Positions 29,308-38,612 of a stretch of 64,000 bases of DNA are shown here, piece by piece. A program made the position numbers and the translations under genes. How positions within the stretch are numbered: position 1 is the stretch's first letter; every line of letters starts with the position of its first letter. The notes beneath the pieces were generated by a model. It had not been told where the DNA came from, ran no database searches, and was given only the letters and a program-made list of their open reading frames with translations. The DNA lies in contig JBPCLP010000047.1 of NCBI GenBank assembly GCA_051003195.1, positions 1 to 64,000 of the forward strand. The letters are read 5' to 3'. The DNA is from Candidatus Sumerlaeaceae bacterium. Its GTDB lineage: Bacteria; Sumerlaeota; Sumerlaeia; Sumerlaeales; Sumerlaeaceae.

Positions 29308-30468
29308 ATGGTGAAGACTTGCTGCCATGGCAGGGCGAGCGCCAAACTTGTTTTGGCTTCGAGTGGTTGTGCTGGACTACTGATGCTTGCTGGATGTGCT
29401 GCCCACGTCGATACCTTCTGCGCCGACCCCTGTGGCGTAAATGAAGGCATTCCGTATTACCTGCCCAAACGCCTCGCGAAGGTCACCGTCATCAAGGCGC
29501 TGCCACCTTCCGAAGGTTTCAATGCACTGCTGGATGACGCGCCACCCATCGCCGACTCCAACCAGTTCTACGCCGCCAAGCCGCGGCGCGACCCGTTCAA
29601 AAGCAAGACCATCGATATTCGCACCACTCCCGACGGCCTGCTGTCCTCCGCCTTTACCACTTCGGAGAACCGCAACGCCGGCATCCAGGACAATATCCGC
29701 CTCTCCAGCGTCTTCTTTAATAAGGAAGGCACCAAGGACGAGCTGAACCGCACGCTGCATTCCATCTCTGACGCCAGGAGCGCCGCGCTCGCCGGACGCG
29801 AAGCCGGTGTGGTCGTCTACGAGGGCATGTTCGATCCCGAATCGCCCTGCGACGTGCAGCAGATGAACTGCAACCTCAACAAGTACGGCATGAACCTCGA
29901 AGTCTCCGGACGCGGCGCCGAACAGTACACCAAGATGGTCGCCGCCAGCGGCGTCGTTATCCGTCCCGGCACCCAGGTTCCCATCTACGTCCGCAGCAAG
30001 ACCGATGGTAAGATTGTCGCCGCGCTCGGCGGCGCCAGCACCGACAAGCCGCTCTTCAACATTCCCCTCGCCAACGGCGCCATGGCCCGCGAGTCGCACA
30101 ATGTCGAAATGCGCGAGGGCGCTCTTACCGGTTACTACAACCGCCAGCCCAGCGAAATCCACGGCTTCTTCCAGGGTGCACGCGAAGGTGTCGAGGACGT
30201 CGGCAGCGTAGCCGCCGCTATCATCGCACCGTTCGCCGCAGCGCTTGATGTATCGCGCACCGCCTCCAGCCAGGGAAGCAGTGGCACTGAATCCGAGGGC
30301 ATGGGTGCGGAGTCGCTCGTTGGTGGCCAGGCGAAGCGAAGCCTGATTGATGCCTACGCCAAGGACCAGCTCTGGAACATGAACGACGATCCCACCGACA
30401 TTCAGCTCGAGGAAGAGGGCGACGATATCACAATTCCGCAGGCCCAGACGAGACCGCGTCCGCAATAA
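29308..30468 (+). CDS. Lipoprotein of unknown function, paralog A
   Basis: Lipobox LAGC; GIPYYLPKRLAKVTV..IDIRTTPDGLLSSA. Confidence 0.8.
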   Translation: MVKTCCHGRASAKLVLASSGCAGLLMLAGCAAHVDTFCADPCGVNEGIPYYLPKRLAKVTVIKALPPSEGFNALLDDAPPIADSNQFYAAKPRRDPFKSKTIDIRTTPDGLLSSAFTTSENRNAGIQDNIRLSSVFFNKEGTKDELNRTLHSISDARSAALAGREAGVVVYEGMFDPESPCDVQQMNCNLNKYGMNLEVSGRGAEQYTKMVAASGVVIRPGTQVPIYVRSKTDGKIVAALGGASTDKPLFNIPLANGAMARESHNVEMREGALTGYYNRQPSEIHGFFQGAREGVEDVGSVAAAIIAPFAAALDVSRTASSQGSSGTESEGMGAESLVGGQAKRSLIDAYAKDQLWNMNDDPTDIQLEEEGDDITIPQAQTRPRPQ

Positions 30469-30592
30469 ATTAGCGTGCTCGGCGGCGATGGGAAGCGCCG
30501 CCGGGCTCGCCTCCACGTAGCTTCACGCAGCTTCCCCATGCGGCCCCCGGGTCGCACGCAACGGATATGACGACGACAGGAGAGTAGGCTGG

Positions 30593-33241
30593 ATGAAGTC
30601 CAGAAATCGCAAGATAACCCGGCAGATGAAGAGGACCGCAAAGGTCGCAGCCGCCACTTGTGTCCTGGCGGGCTGCAGCAGCACCTATGTAGTGACCGAG
30701 CGCGCCAACGAGTGTAACATGAACACCGGCGTTCCTTACTACCTTCCCAAGCGCCTCGCCCAGGTCACGGTCACCAAGATCGAGGAGGGCCGATTCGACG
30801 CCCACCTCCACGACATGCCTCCCGTCGCCGATCCCTGCCAGGCCTACGTGGCCATCCCGGTCAAGCACTGGTACCGCAGCGATGTCATTGATATCCGCAC
30901 CACGCCAGATGGCCTGCTCTCTTCCGCCTACATCACCGGCGAGCAGCGTAACGCCGGCATCCAGGACAACATCCGACTCTCCAGTGTCTTCTTTAACAAG
31001 GAAGGCCAGAAGGACGAGCTTAACCGTTCCCTCCACTTCACCCAGGACGCCAAGACTGCGGCTCTCGCCGGACGCGAACAGGGCATCGTCGTCTTTGAAG
31101 CCGCCTTCGATCCCGGCTCACCTCCCGACATTGATAAGGTCAACGCCAGCCTGAAGAAATACCGCATGCGTCTCGAGGTTCCGGTCAGCGCGCATGCCGG
31201 CCCGGTTCAACCGCAGGTCGATCGCGTTACCGGCCTCGTGTTCCGTCCAGCCATTCAGCGCCCTTGCTACGTCAAGAGCACGAAGGACGATTCCAAAGTT
31301 ATCTGTTCTCTTAACGGTGTCACCCCCGACCAGGCCCCCCTGTTTAACCTCCCCCTCAAGGGCGGCCTCCTTGCCCACCATTCCCACAATCTTGAATTGC
31401 GCGAAGGTGTGGTCACCGGCTACTACTCCCGCCGTCCCAGCGAAATTGCTGGCTTCTTCAAGCAGTCGCAGGAACTTGTCGAAGACGCCGGCAGCGTCGT
31501 CGCCGCCGTCATCGCCCCACTCGCGGCCGCACTCGATGTCAAGCGCACGGCTGAAAACCAGTCCTCCAGCGGAACCGGGGGCGAAGGCACCGGCGGCGCG
31601 GTAACCGATCCCGATGCGCAGGCCGCAGCCGATGAGAAAACTCAGCAGCAGCTTGAAGCGCAGAACGAGAAAATCGATACATTGATCGAGCAGCTCGAAG
31701 CGCAGAAAGCCGCGGCCGCCGCAGCCCCTCCATTGGAGGAAGCCGACGCGGCAGGCTCGCAGGAACTCATCGATATCCTTCCAGCGAAAAAAAGTGACGT
31801 TGCACAGAAAATAGGCGTTGACAAGGACCCTCAATCTAAAGAGAACACCGGCGCTGTCGCCATGCCTGTACGCAATACAAAGACCTCCAAAACCTCACGG
31901 AAAGCCGCTGTCGCAAGCGATTCCGCAGGCTCCGCTGCTTCGGATAGCGCTGCGGTTGCCTACGGCGCTCCCGATTCCGCCGTCCCGGCCTTCGATCCAA
32001 TCCAGGCCGGCACGGCCAACGCCACCCCGGCACGTCCTTCCTTCTTCAACCGCGTACGCAGCCTCGTTCCCCTGGGCAGAAAGCCCGCAGCCGATTCCGC
32101 CAGTGCGGACAGTTCGGCCGGCACCGCCAACGGCTCCAGGCTCGTTCAGGGCGCAGGTCGCGTCTTTGATAACGTTAAAGAAACTCTGCCATTCCGCGAC
32201 ACCGGCAACTCCGGCGAAGTTTCCGACTACGCCAGCGGCCGCAGCGTCGGATACACCTCCCCCACGGGTGGCGTCAACCTGAGCCCCGAAGCCGCCGTCC
32301 AGTTCGCCAACGCCGTCGAAGCCAACTCCGCCGCTCCTGGGACCGCCGGCAGTGCCGTGCCTGGGAGCGCCGGCGTCCCGCCGGCATTCAATAATCCCTC
32401 TTCCTATGATTCGAACCTTTCCGCCAAACCCCAAGCCACCACAGGCCGCCCGGGCTTCTTTGGCCGCCTGAAAAATGTGCTCCCACGCCGCAACAGTCAG
32501 TCCGCGTCGCCTGTAATGTCTACGGACCTTGCAGCGTCCACTGCTGTCGCGAACGAACCGACTCCCGACCTGGCTGCCATGCCCATCCGCGCCGCATTCC
32601 CTGGGACCGCCGGCGTCCCGCCGGCAATAGACGTCTCCGCTCAATCCAGTGACCTGGTTGCAGAGCAGTCTGCCGCCGCCCCTGCGCCACGCTCAGGCCT
32701 CTTCACCCGACTCCGCAACGCCGTCCCGCGCCGAAACACCACCCCCGCCGCCGTGCCCGACTCCGATTACGTAGCCCCCGCACCCGTCGATGCGCCGTCC
32801 GTCAGTTCCGCGGTCCCGGTGGCATACGACAGTGCTGCCTCCCAGTACAGTCCGGCCCCGGCCGCCCGTCCATCTCTCTTCTCGCGGCTCCGTACCAACC
32901 TGCCTGGCAACAACCCGGCCCCTGATTCCGAGCCGTCCGGCTCTTCTGCATCTACTTCGGTTTCACCCTTTTCACGTTTTCTCCCCCTTGGGCGCTCCGT
33001 CGCTGCGCCGGAAACTGCGACACCATCTCAGGAGCACAACGTAACGCTGTTCCCCCCGCCATCGCCCGAGCTTAGCTTCGCGGCGCCAGCGCGGGCGCAG
33101 CCCATCCGTCCAGCTTGGCATTGGTACAATAACACAACAACTCGGACCAGAATCTACACCACGTCTGCGCCCGCAACAGCCTCACTCACTGCAGTAAAAT
33201 CTGTAACACATCTGGTTAGCCTGCCTGGATTACTCACGTAA
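30593..33241 (+). CDS. Lipoprotein paralog B with long Ala/Ser/Pro-rich C-terminal extension
   Basis: Lipobox LAGC; shares PYYLPKRLA, IDIRTTPDGLLSSA and NAGIQDNIRLSSVFFNKEG with paralog A. Confidence 0.8.
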   Translation: MKSRNRKITRQMKRTAKVAAATCVLAGCSSTYVVTERANECNMNTGVPYYLPKRLAQVTVTKIEEGRFDAHLHDMPPVADPCQAYVAIPVKHWYRSDVIDIRTTPDGLLSSAYITGEQRNAGIQDNIRLSSVFFNKEGQKDELNRSLHFTQDAKTAALAGREQGIVVFEAAFDPGSPPDIDKVNASLKKYRMRLEVPVSAHAGPVQPQVDRVTGLVFRPAIQRPCYVKSTKDDSKVICSLNGVTPDQAPLFNLPLKGGLLAHHSHNLELREGVVTGYYSRRPSEIAGFFKQSQELVEDAGSVVAAVIAPLAAALDVKRTAENQSSSGTGGEGTGGAVTDPDAQAAADEKTQQQLEAQNEKIDTLIEQLEAQKAAAAAAPPLEEADAAGSQELIDILPAKKSDVAQKIGVDKDPQSKENTGAVAMPVRNTKTSKTSRKAAVASDSAGSAASDSAAVAYGAPDSAVPAFDPIQAGTANATPARPSFFNRVRSLVPLGRKPAADSASADSSAGTANGSRLVQGAGRVFDNVKETLPFRDTGNSGEVSDYASGRSVGYTSPTGGVNLSPEAAVQFANAVEANSAAPGTAGSAVPGSAGVPPAFNNPSSYDSNLSAKPQATTGRPGFFGRLKNVLPRRNSQSASPVMSTDLAASTAVANEPTPDLAAMPIRAAFPGTAGVPPAIDVSAQSSDLVAEQSAAAPAPRSGLFTRLRNAVPRRNTTPAAVPDSDYVAPAPVDAPSVSSAVPVAYDSAASQYSPAPAARPSLFSRLRTNLPGNNPAPDSEPSGSSASTSVSPFSRFLPLGRSVAAPETATPSQEHNVTLFPPPSPELSFAAPARAQPIRPAWHWYNNTTTRTRIYTTSAPATASLTAVKSVTHLVSLPGLLT
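32337..32626 (+). repeat. REP-like palindromes inside a coding sequence (two full copies, one partial)
   Basis: ctggga(g/c)cgccggcgtcccgccggca at 32361-32386 and 32601-32626 (GCCGGCG-TCC-CGCCGGC hairpin); partial at 32337-32352. Confidence 0.7.
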
Positions 33242-33326
33242 TTCCAACAGTCGAGCTGCGTCCAGACGCACCACCCGGGACAGTCATGTCCTACCATTTT
33301 GCAAATCCGCGGAGGAGTAAAACCGC

Positions 33327-35522
33327 ATGTTTCTCAGGTTATCTAAAAACGCGCGTACAGTTATGGTATGCCTATTGATGTTTTCTAACTTCTTTGTAGC
33401 TAGAAAATGCCACGCTGCTGACTTTGCCAATCCTCTTAAATTCCCTTTTCCTCAAGTACCAAAGCCTAACTTCATTGCCAGCGTTATTGATGAAGAATTC
33501 GGATTGTACTTCTTAATTGATACGGAATACGGCGAAAATGGCGCAGTTTATCGTTACAACGCCAAAGACGTGTTAAATGTTGGCGCAACTGGAACAATAA
33601 GCTTCAACGCAAATATTTCTCCGTTTGTTATACCGCTACCAGAAAATCTGGAGAGTAATACGGCCAATAGCTATGGTGTAACGTACGATCCTAGTGACAA
33701 TGGGATCCTGTATTTTGCTGATCACCAAAAGCTGTACCGTATGTTTAATGCGCGTTCTGCGGTGCCACAGTTCAGTGTCCGTACCTATGCTGCGATGAAG
33801 CTGCCGCTTGTTGCAACTCCGCAGAAGGTTTCTCCTGGTGCAATCACTCACGGACCCTTGATCGGCGAACCAGCTCTTAATCACATAATGGAATGGGACC
33901 GCAAACGAAATCACGTAAATTTTATGCTAAGCGACAAGCGTGACGTGTTTATCGCATTCGATAGTGGTGAACTTGTTCGAGTTGACGCGAACACGATGCA
34001 ACCCTTTGGCCCGGCATATGAGCCATTTCCGATGCTCTCCTATAGCGGATACCACGATGATGTTCATATAGAGCCTTATGATCCTAACAATCCAGACAAT
34101 CCTGACGATACGAACCAATTTACTTTCAGCGTAGTACCTCGGGATGAGCGTTCGCAAGCGGTTCTAGATCATCCATTTATTAGAATAGCGCTGTCTTTTA
34201 ACCTCGACGGGGGCGTGCCCGGCTTTTCTATTGAAGATGAAGTTATCGATGACGTGGATGATTACGTTCGTGATTATATCGATTATGACATCGACCTGTT
34301 CCCGGACATGCGCGATAATCCTCAGTGGCCAATTGACGAGGCCGAAAACCGGCGGTACTGGCAATTTCCATACGAGTTTAAATCTGGTTGTATTCTCGCA
34401 GACAAGAACCAGCTGCTTCTGGGTGATAACACTGGGCGAGTCTTCAAAGTTAACTACTTTCCCGACTCAATGCAGGTCGTGATTGGCCTGAATGAGACGG
34501 CTATTACGTGGGAAGACTATTTCAAAAGCAACGTTCGGATTACCCCAGATGTAGCGAATGTCCAGGTCTCTGCTGCGGATATTTTCGGGGGCGCGTACTT
34601 CGTTACGAAAAGCTTAACGGATTCGGCAGCTTACGCAGACATTGTCCGGTGCAACGTGGGCGGGTTAAAAGACTTGGTAGCACCAGTCCACAGCTTGGCT
34701 TTAAATGACCTAACCGTTGTAACCAAAGTCTTTATAAACGACGCGCGAACTATAGCCGTTGATAATAAGCTTGGAGCGATTTTCGTCGCGGGCATGGCAC
34801 GCACGGACCCTAATACTTTTGACAGTCAACTGATTGCACGTGTGGCACGTCTGAATTTTAAGGCATCAACGGATCTCAAGCTGGAGAAACTGTTAGAGTT
34901 AAACTTCGACGTAAATACCAATACCGATGACTTTAAAGGCATCAGGAGCAATTGCACAAACTTCTATAGAGACTTAGAAGGCCGCGAAGCATTGTTTATT
35001 GGTGTGCAGGCGCCGACTGACGGGGTGGCCGTGATCAGTCCTTTCGAACCGGCTACACTAGACTACACCGGATTTTTCTCGTTGCCTGGAAGCTTGGGGT
35101 ACAATATAGGTGAACAACCTGATCGCCTTAACGAGGCTGGAACCGAACGGATTTTTGCCACTACAAAAGGTCGGCTGAAGTCCCGCTTGAACGTATTTGA
35201 TAAGTTAAATCCCTTAGGCAGATACGGTAAGGTTCCAGTAGATTTTTACCTAGTTGATACTGCTAAAGTTGATCTTAGGAGCCTTGCCTCAATTCAGCAA
35301 AATGGCACATATGTTTACACGGGTCAAGCTAAGGTCGGAAGTCGGACATTTAGTCGGATCAATGGTCCAAACTTGGATGTGAGACTGCTTCCAGGAGAGA
35401 CTCCGCCATTTACGCATTTTGTGGCAGTCGTCGATCCCGCAAACACTACGCGCGAAGTCAATGAAACGGACAACGTAATCGCTGGGCGCATCCGCTATCG
35501 TCTTGTCCCAAATGCACAATAG
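33327..35522 (+). CDS. Large secreted protein, beta-rich, with C-terminal CARDB-like domain
   Basis: GGAGGAG RBS, signal peptide, FVAVVDPANTTREVNETDN; visibly AT-richer than flanks. Confidence 0.75.
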   Translation: MFLRLSKNARTVMVCLLMFSNFFVARKCHAADFANPLKFPFPQVPKPNFIASVIDEEFGLYFLIDTEYGENGAVYRYNAKDVLNVGATGTISFNANISPFVIPLPENLESNTANSYGVTYDPSDNGILYFADHQKLYRMFNARSAVPQFSVRTYAAMKLPLVATPQKVSPGAITHGPLIGEPALNHIMEWDRKRNHVNFMLSDKRDVFIAFDSGELVRVDANTMQPFGPAYEPFPMLSYSGYHDDVHIEPYDPNNPDNPDDTNQFTFSVVPRDERSQAVLDHPFIRIALSFNLDGGVPGFSIEDEVIDDVDDYVRDYIDYDIDLFPDMRDNPQWPIDEAENRRYWQFPYEFKSGCILADKNQLLLGDNTGRVFKVNYFPDSMQVVIGLNETAITWEDYFKSNVRITPDVANVQVSAADIFGGAYFVTKSLTDSAAYADIVRCNVGGLKDLVAPVHSLALNDLTVVTKVFINDARTIAVDNKLGAIFVAGMARTDPNTFDSQLIARVARLNFKASTDLKLEKLLELNFDVNTNTDDFKGIRSNCTNFYRDLEGREALFIGVQAPTDGVAVISPFEPATLDYTGFFSLPGSLGYNIGEQPDRLNEAGTERIFATTKGRLKSRLNVFDKLNPLGRYGKVPVDFYLVDTAKVDLRSLASIQQNGTYVYTGQAKVGSRTFSRINGPNLDVRLLPGETPPFTHFVAVVDPANTTREVNETDNVIAGRIRYRLVPNAQ

Positions 35523-35532
35523 GAGAGAAACA

Positions 35533-37611
35533 ATGAAAAATGTTTTTAGGCGCATCACGCTATTCGCAGCAGTAATATTGTGCCCAACCTTAACACTAGC
35601 AGCTGAGATAAATGTCAATATTGGAACGGTTGTCAATTTCCCAACTGCGGGCTACAGCACGGCTCTTTCAGGAGTCGTTGGAGGTTCGGTCACTTTAGTG
35701 AATAAAGAAACCGACGACAAGACTGTTAAACTACAATTGGGTGCGGGACTAAGCCTCGATAATTCGAATTCGAATCTTGACGCAAATGCGATTGTTGTGG
35801 GCCCGAAGGTTGAGTCACTAGACGGTTCAGCGGTCGTCGAATTAAAGTTTACCTACACTCTCCCTGCAAATGCCGTTCCGGTAGCATCGCTAACACTCAC
35901 CAGAACGATAAAGCTTTTAGATCCCAACAATAACGATCAGGAGTTAGATCAGAAGAATATAGATATATCTGTAACCTTTCCATCTCTCGTTGTAAATGGT
36001 GACGATAGTTCACCCTTCCAGTTTAAGCTGCCTGTATTGGCACCAGGGCAAACTTCCGATTGGAAAGAGCTCACTTTCACAAATCCAAACGCTACCGCCC
36101 TAAACTTGAAGGGCCTATCATTTATTGATAACTTGAATGCGGAAGTGGCTGGTTTGGAGACAGATGATTTGCGCGGGCTACCATCGTTGGGTAATCCAGT
36201 AACGGTTACCAATTCAACGCCGTTCTCGGTGAGAGTAAAAGTAAAGCTTAAGACAGATTCCGATTGGAGGCTTGAAGGCACAGTGCAGTCCGACAGCCTT
36301 CAGTTTCTTAGTGCTATTAATCCCACTGGATCCGCTCTGATTGAACTTAGCGGTGACCGACTCGTAAAAAGCCTCACAGTTAACCCCACAGAAATTGGCT
36401 TAAGTGCTGCCTACGGAGTAACAGATACCGAGAACTTTACGATCCGTAATAACTCGAACGTTGCCGTATCAGTTCTAAGCGTTGCGTTTGTCGATCTGTC
36501 AGGGACTCCGCTACCCACAACCAAGTTGAGCATTGAATACATAAGTGGAAGTAACGGAACAATAGGAACAGCGGGGCCATTTCCTGCAAACGGAGCTGTC
36601 GAACTGCCTAAAAAGTCAGGTGGAACGACGGCAGAAGCTACATTTAAGGTTTCCTATACTGCGCCCAAACCATCGATTACCCAGTATTTGGGCCGAATTG
36701 ACTTAGGCGTGGATTATGGGTCATTAGACACCGACATTTTTTCGATCCCGCTAAGCGTGAACAAGGAAATAAAGAAAGCAGAACCATCCGTGGATGTTCC
36801 CGTACCCGTGCCGCCAGCTCCGGTGCCGCCTACGATGACCTTCGGATCCATTTGCAAGGGCGACGAGAGTCCGTATCAAATTTTCTTTATAAGAAATGCT
36901 CCTGCGCCCGCTGATAGCGTCCGCCAATCTTTTCAATTCAGAATGAAACTGCAGTCTACGGATGCATTTGACGACCCAGATATCGTTATCCCTGGAGGTC
37001 CCAGTTCCACAGAGAATTATGACCTATATGACTACGTAATTGGCACCGTGGTGTCCATTGCACCTGGAGACTTCTATGCGGTTGGAGTTAGATATACTCC
37101 AAAAGTATTCAGCGACGCTCCTTGTTATGTGCGTATTGAATCGATAAATAATATTGTTCCCGATACATCCAATCCGGGCCAGTTTGGAAAGTTCGTAGCA
37201 CATGTGAAACTACAGGGTGCGATTTCGATGGCGGACACGTGCCCCGTACCGGATGGCGCTGATCTAATCCCCATCTTTACACAGTTCACTAAAGGCTGCT
37301 ACAGATCCAAATGTACTTGGTCGGGAACGATAGGTGTCCGAAATCAGGGTCCTGTAACTGCCCCGCAATCGCGTATGGCTTTCTACTTAGTAACAGATGG
37401 GCAAGAGAGAATGCTTAGGTCAATTAGGATTCCAGAGCTAAAGCCGGGGGTTACGTATACCTACAGCCCGAGACTACATAGTAAGCGGGATTTGACGGGT
37501 TCTGTTTTGAGGGCAGTTGTTGACTCTAAGCTGGAGGTCAACGAGACCGATAACTATGGGCGCACCGTCTCCGAAGACAATAACATAGCCACGTCTTCCC
37601 CGCTTCCTTAA
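35533..37611 (+). CDS. Secreted Ig-like repeat protein with C-terminal CARDB-like domain
   Basis: AGGAGAG RBS before ATG 35533; signal peptide; FTIRNNS/FFIRN Ig-like motifs; VRNQG..AVVDSKLEVNETDN. Confidence 0.75.
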   Translation: MKNVFRRITLFAAVILCPTLTLAAEINVNIGTVVNFPTAGYSTALSGVVGGSVTLVNKETDDKTVKLQLGAGLSLDNSNSNLDANAIVVGPKVESLDGSAVVELKFTYTLPANAVPVASLTLTRTIKLLDPNNNDQELDQKNIDISVTFPSLVVNGDDSSPFQFKLPVLAPGQTSDWKELTFTNPNATALNLKGLSFIDNLNAEVAGLETDDLRGLPSLGNPVTVTNSTPFSVRVKVKLKTDSDWRLEGTVQSDSLQFLSAINPTGSALIELSGDRLVKSLTVNPTEIGLSAAYGVTDTENFTIRNNSNVAVSVLSVAFVDLSGTPLPTTKLSIEYISGSNGTIGTAGPFPANGAVELPKKSGGTTAEATFKVSYTAPKPSITQYLGRIDLGVDYGSLDTDIFSIPLSVNKEIKKAEPSVDVPVPVPPAPVPPTMTFGSICKGDESPYQIFFIRNAPAPADSVRQSFQFRMKLQSTDAFDDPDIVIPGGPSSTENYDLYDYVIGTVVSIAPGDFYAVGVRYTPKVFSDAPCYVRIESINNIVPDTSNPGQFGKFVAHVKLQGAISMADTCPVPDGADLIPIFTQFTKGCYRSKCTWSGTIGVRNQGPVTAPQSRMAFYLVTDGQERMLRSIRIPELKPGVTYTYSPRLHSKRDLTGSVLRAVVDSKLEVNETDNYGRTVSEDNNIATSSPLP

Positions 37612-37623
37612 TCCATTCAAGCT

Positions 37624-37651
37624 CGAACCGCCCCCGCGAGGGGGCGGTTCG
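37624..37651 (+). terminator. Strong stem-loop after the CARDB gene pair
   Basis: cgaaccgccccc-gcga-gggggcggttcg perfect 12-bp stem. Confidence 0.65.
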
Positions 37652-37886
37652 GAGAGCCACTTCAAAATAGAAGCTGCCGAAGGTAAGCTTGCCCCCAGTA
37701 GTGCGAGCCGGTTGAGGTCACGGTATACCCGGGAAGTGACAGTTCTGAATCAGCTTATAGGCTGCTGTAATGATCTTACTCAGGACAACACGACTGGCGC
37801 GTGAACCAGCTTCCTAGGCACTTATTGCAATTGCTCTCTGTCCATGTTTGAAGTAACCGACGCCCAGAAACTCAACACCAGGAGGC

Positions 37887-38561
37887 ATGTCTAATCTGCG
37901 ATGGCTGTACCGCGCGCCTATGCGTCCTTCCGGCATTAATGATGGTGGGACTTGCCAATGTCCGCAAATCCATGCAGGTTTCGGGATGGCAGATGCTGCT
38001 GGCGCTGGCGCTGTTCCTTTACGCCTGCTGGCTGGAGGTTCGCCAGACCAGCCGCAACGAGCTGCGGAGTTCCCCAATCCGTTACAGTGGGTGTCGATGG
38101 CCATGCTGCCAATACTCGCGACGCTCGCGATGGTCGGCTTCGGCAACGTCCGAAAATCGATGCAGTCTTCCGGCTGGCAGATGCTGATTCTGATCGTACT
38201 CTACGCGATCCTCAGCTATTTCTATTACTCGCGTGAAGTACGGACGCTCTCAACCCCTGGACCTGCTCACCCGCCTCAATCGCGTACGCCCCGCCACCCC
38301 CAAACCGCGTCCCTCCTGCCCGCCCCGCGCACCTGGCTCGTCCATGTCATTCCGCCGATCCTCGCCATTCTTGCCGTCGTTGGTTTCGGCAATGTACGCA
38401 AATCCATGTTTGAATCCGGCGGGCAGATGCGCATCATGCTTACCCTTTACCTGGTCGCGACATGGTTCGTCTACCGCAACGAAACGCCGCTCTCGACAGC
38501 TTCCGCCACAGCAAACACGCCCACCGCCGACGCCCCAACCCCTGACATCGAGGCAACATAG
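37887..38561 (+). CDS. Small membrane protein built from repeats of the pseudo-dynamin TM hairpin (first repeat in another frame)
   Basis: AGGAGG RBS; VGFGNVRKSM..G(W/G)QM twice in frame; MVGLANVRKSMQVSGWQM in the +1 frame (37939 ORF). Confidence 0.65.
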   Translation: MSNLRWLYRAPMRPSGINDGGTCQCPQIHAGFGMADAAGAGAVPLRLLAGGSPDQPQRAAEFPNPLQWVSMAMLPILATLAMVGFGNVRKSMQSSGWQMLILIVLYAILSYFYYSREVRTLSTPGPAHPPQSRTPRHPQTASLLPAPRTWLVHVIPPILAILAVVGFGNVRKSMFESGGQMRIMLTLYLVATWFVYRNETPLSTASATANTPTADAPTPDIEAT

Positions 38562-38612
38562 TCTTCCAGCCACCTCTGGTAGTCCAATTGCCCGCACGCG
38601 CCAGTCCCGCAC

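Noticed and set aside
37660..37810. Possible structured ncRNA (SRP/6S/riboswitch) in the intergenic region
   Set aside because: No conserved family motif recognised; would need an Rfam/Infernal search
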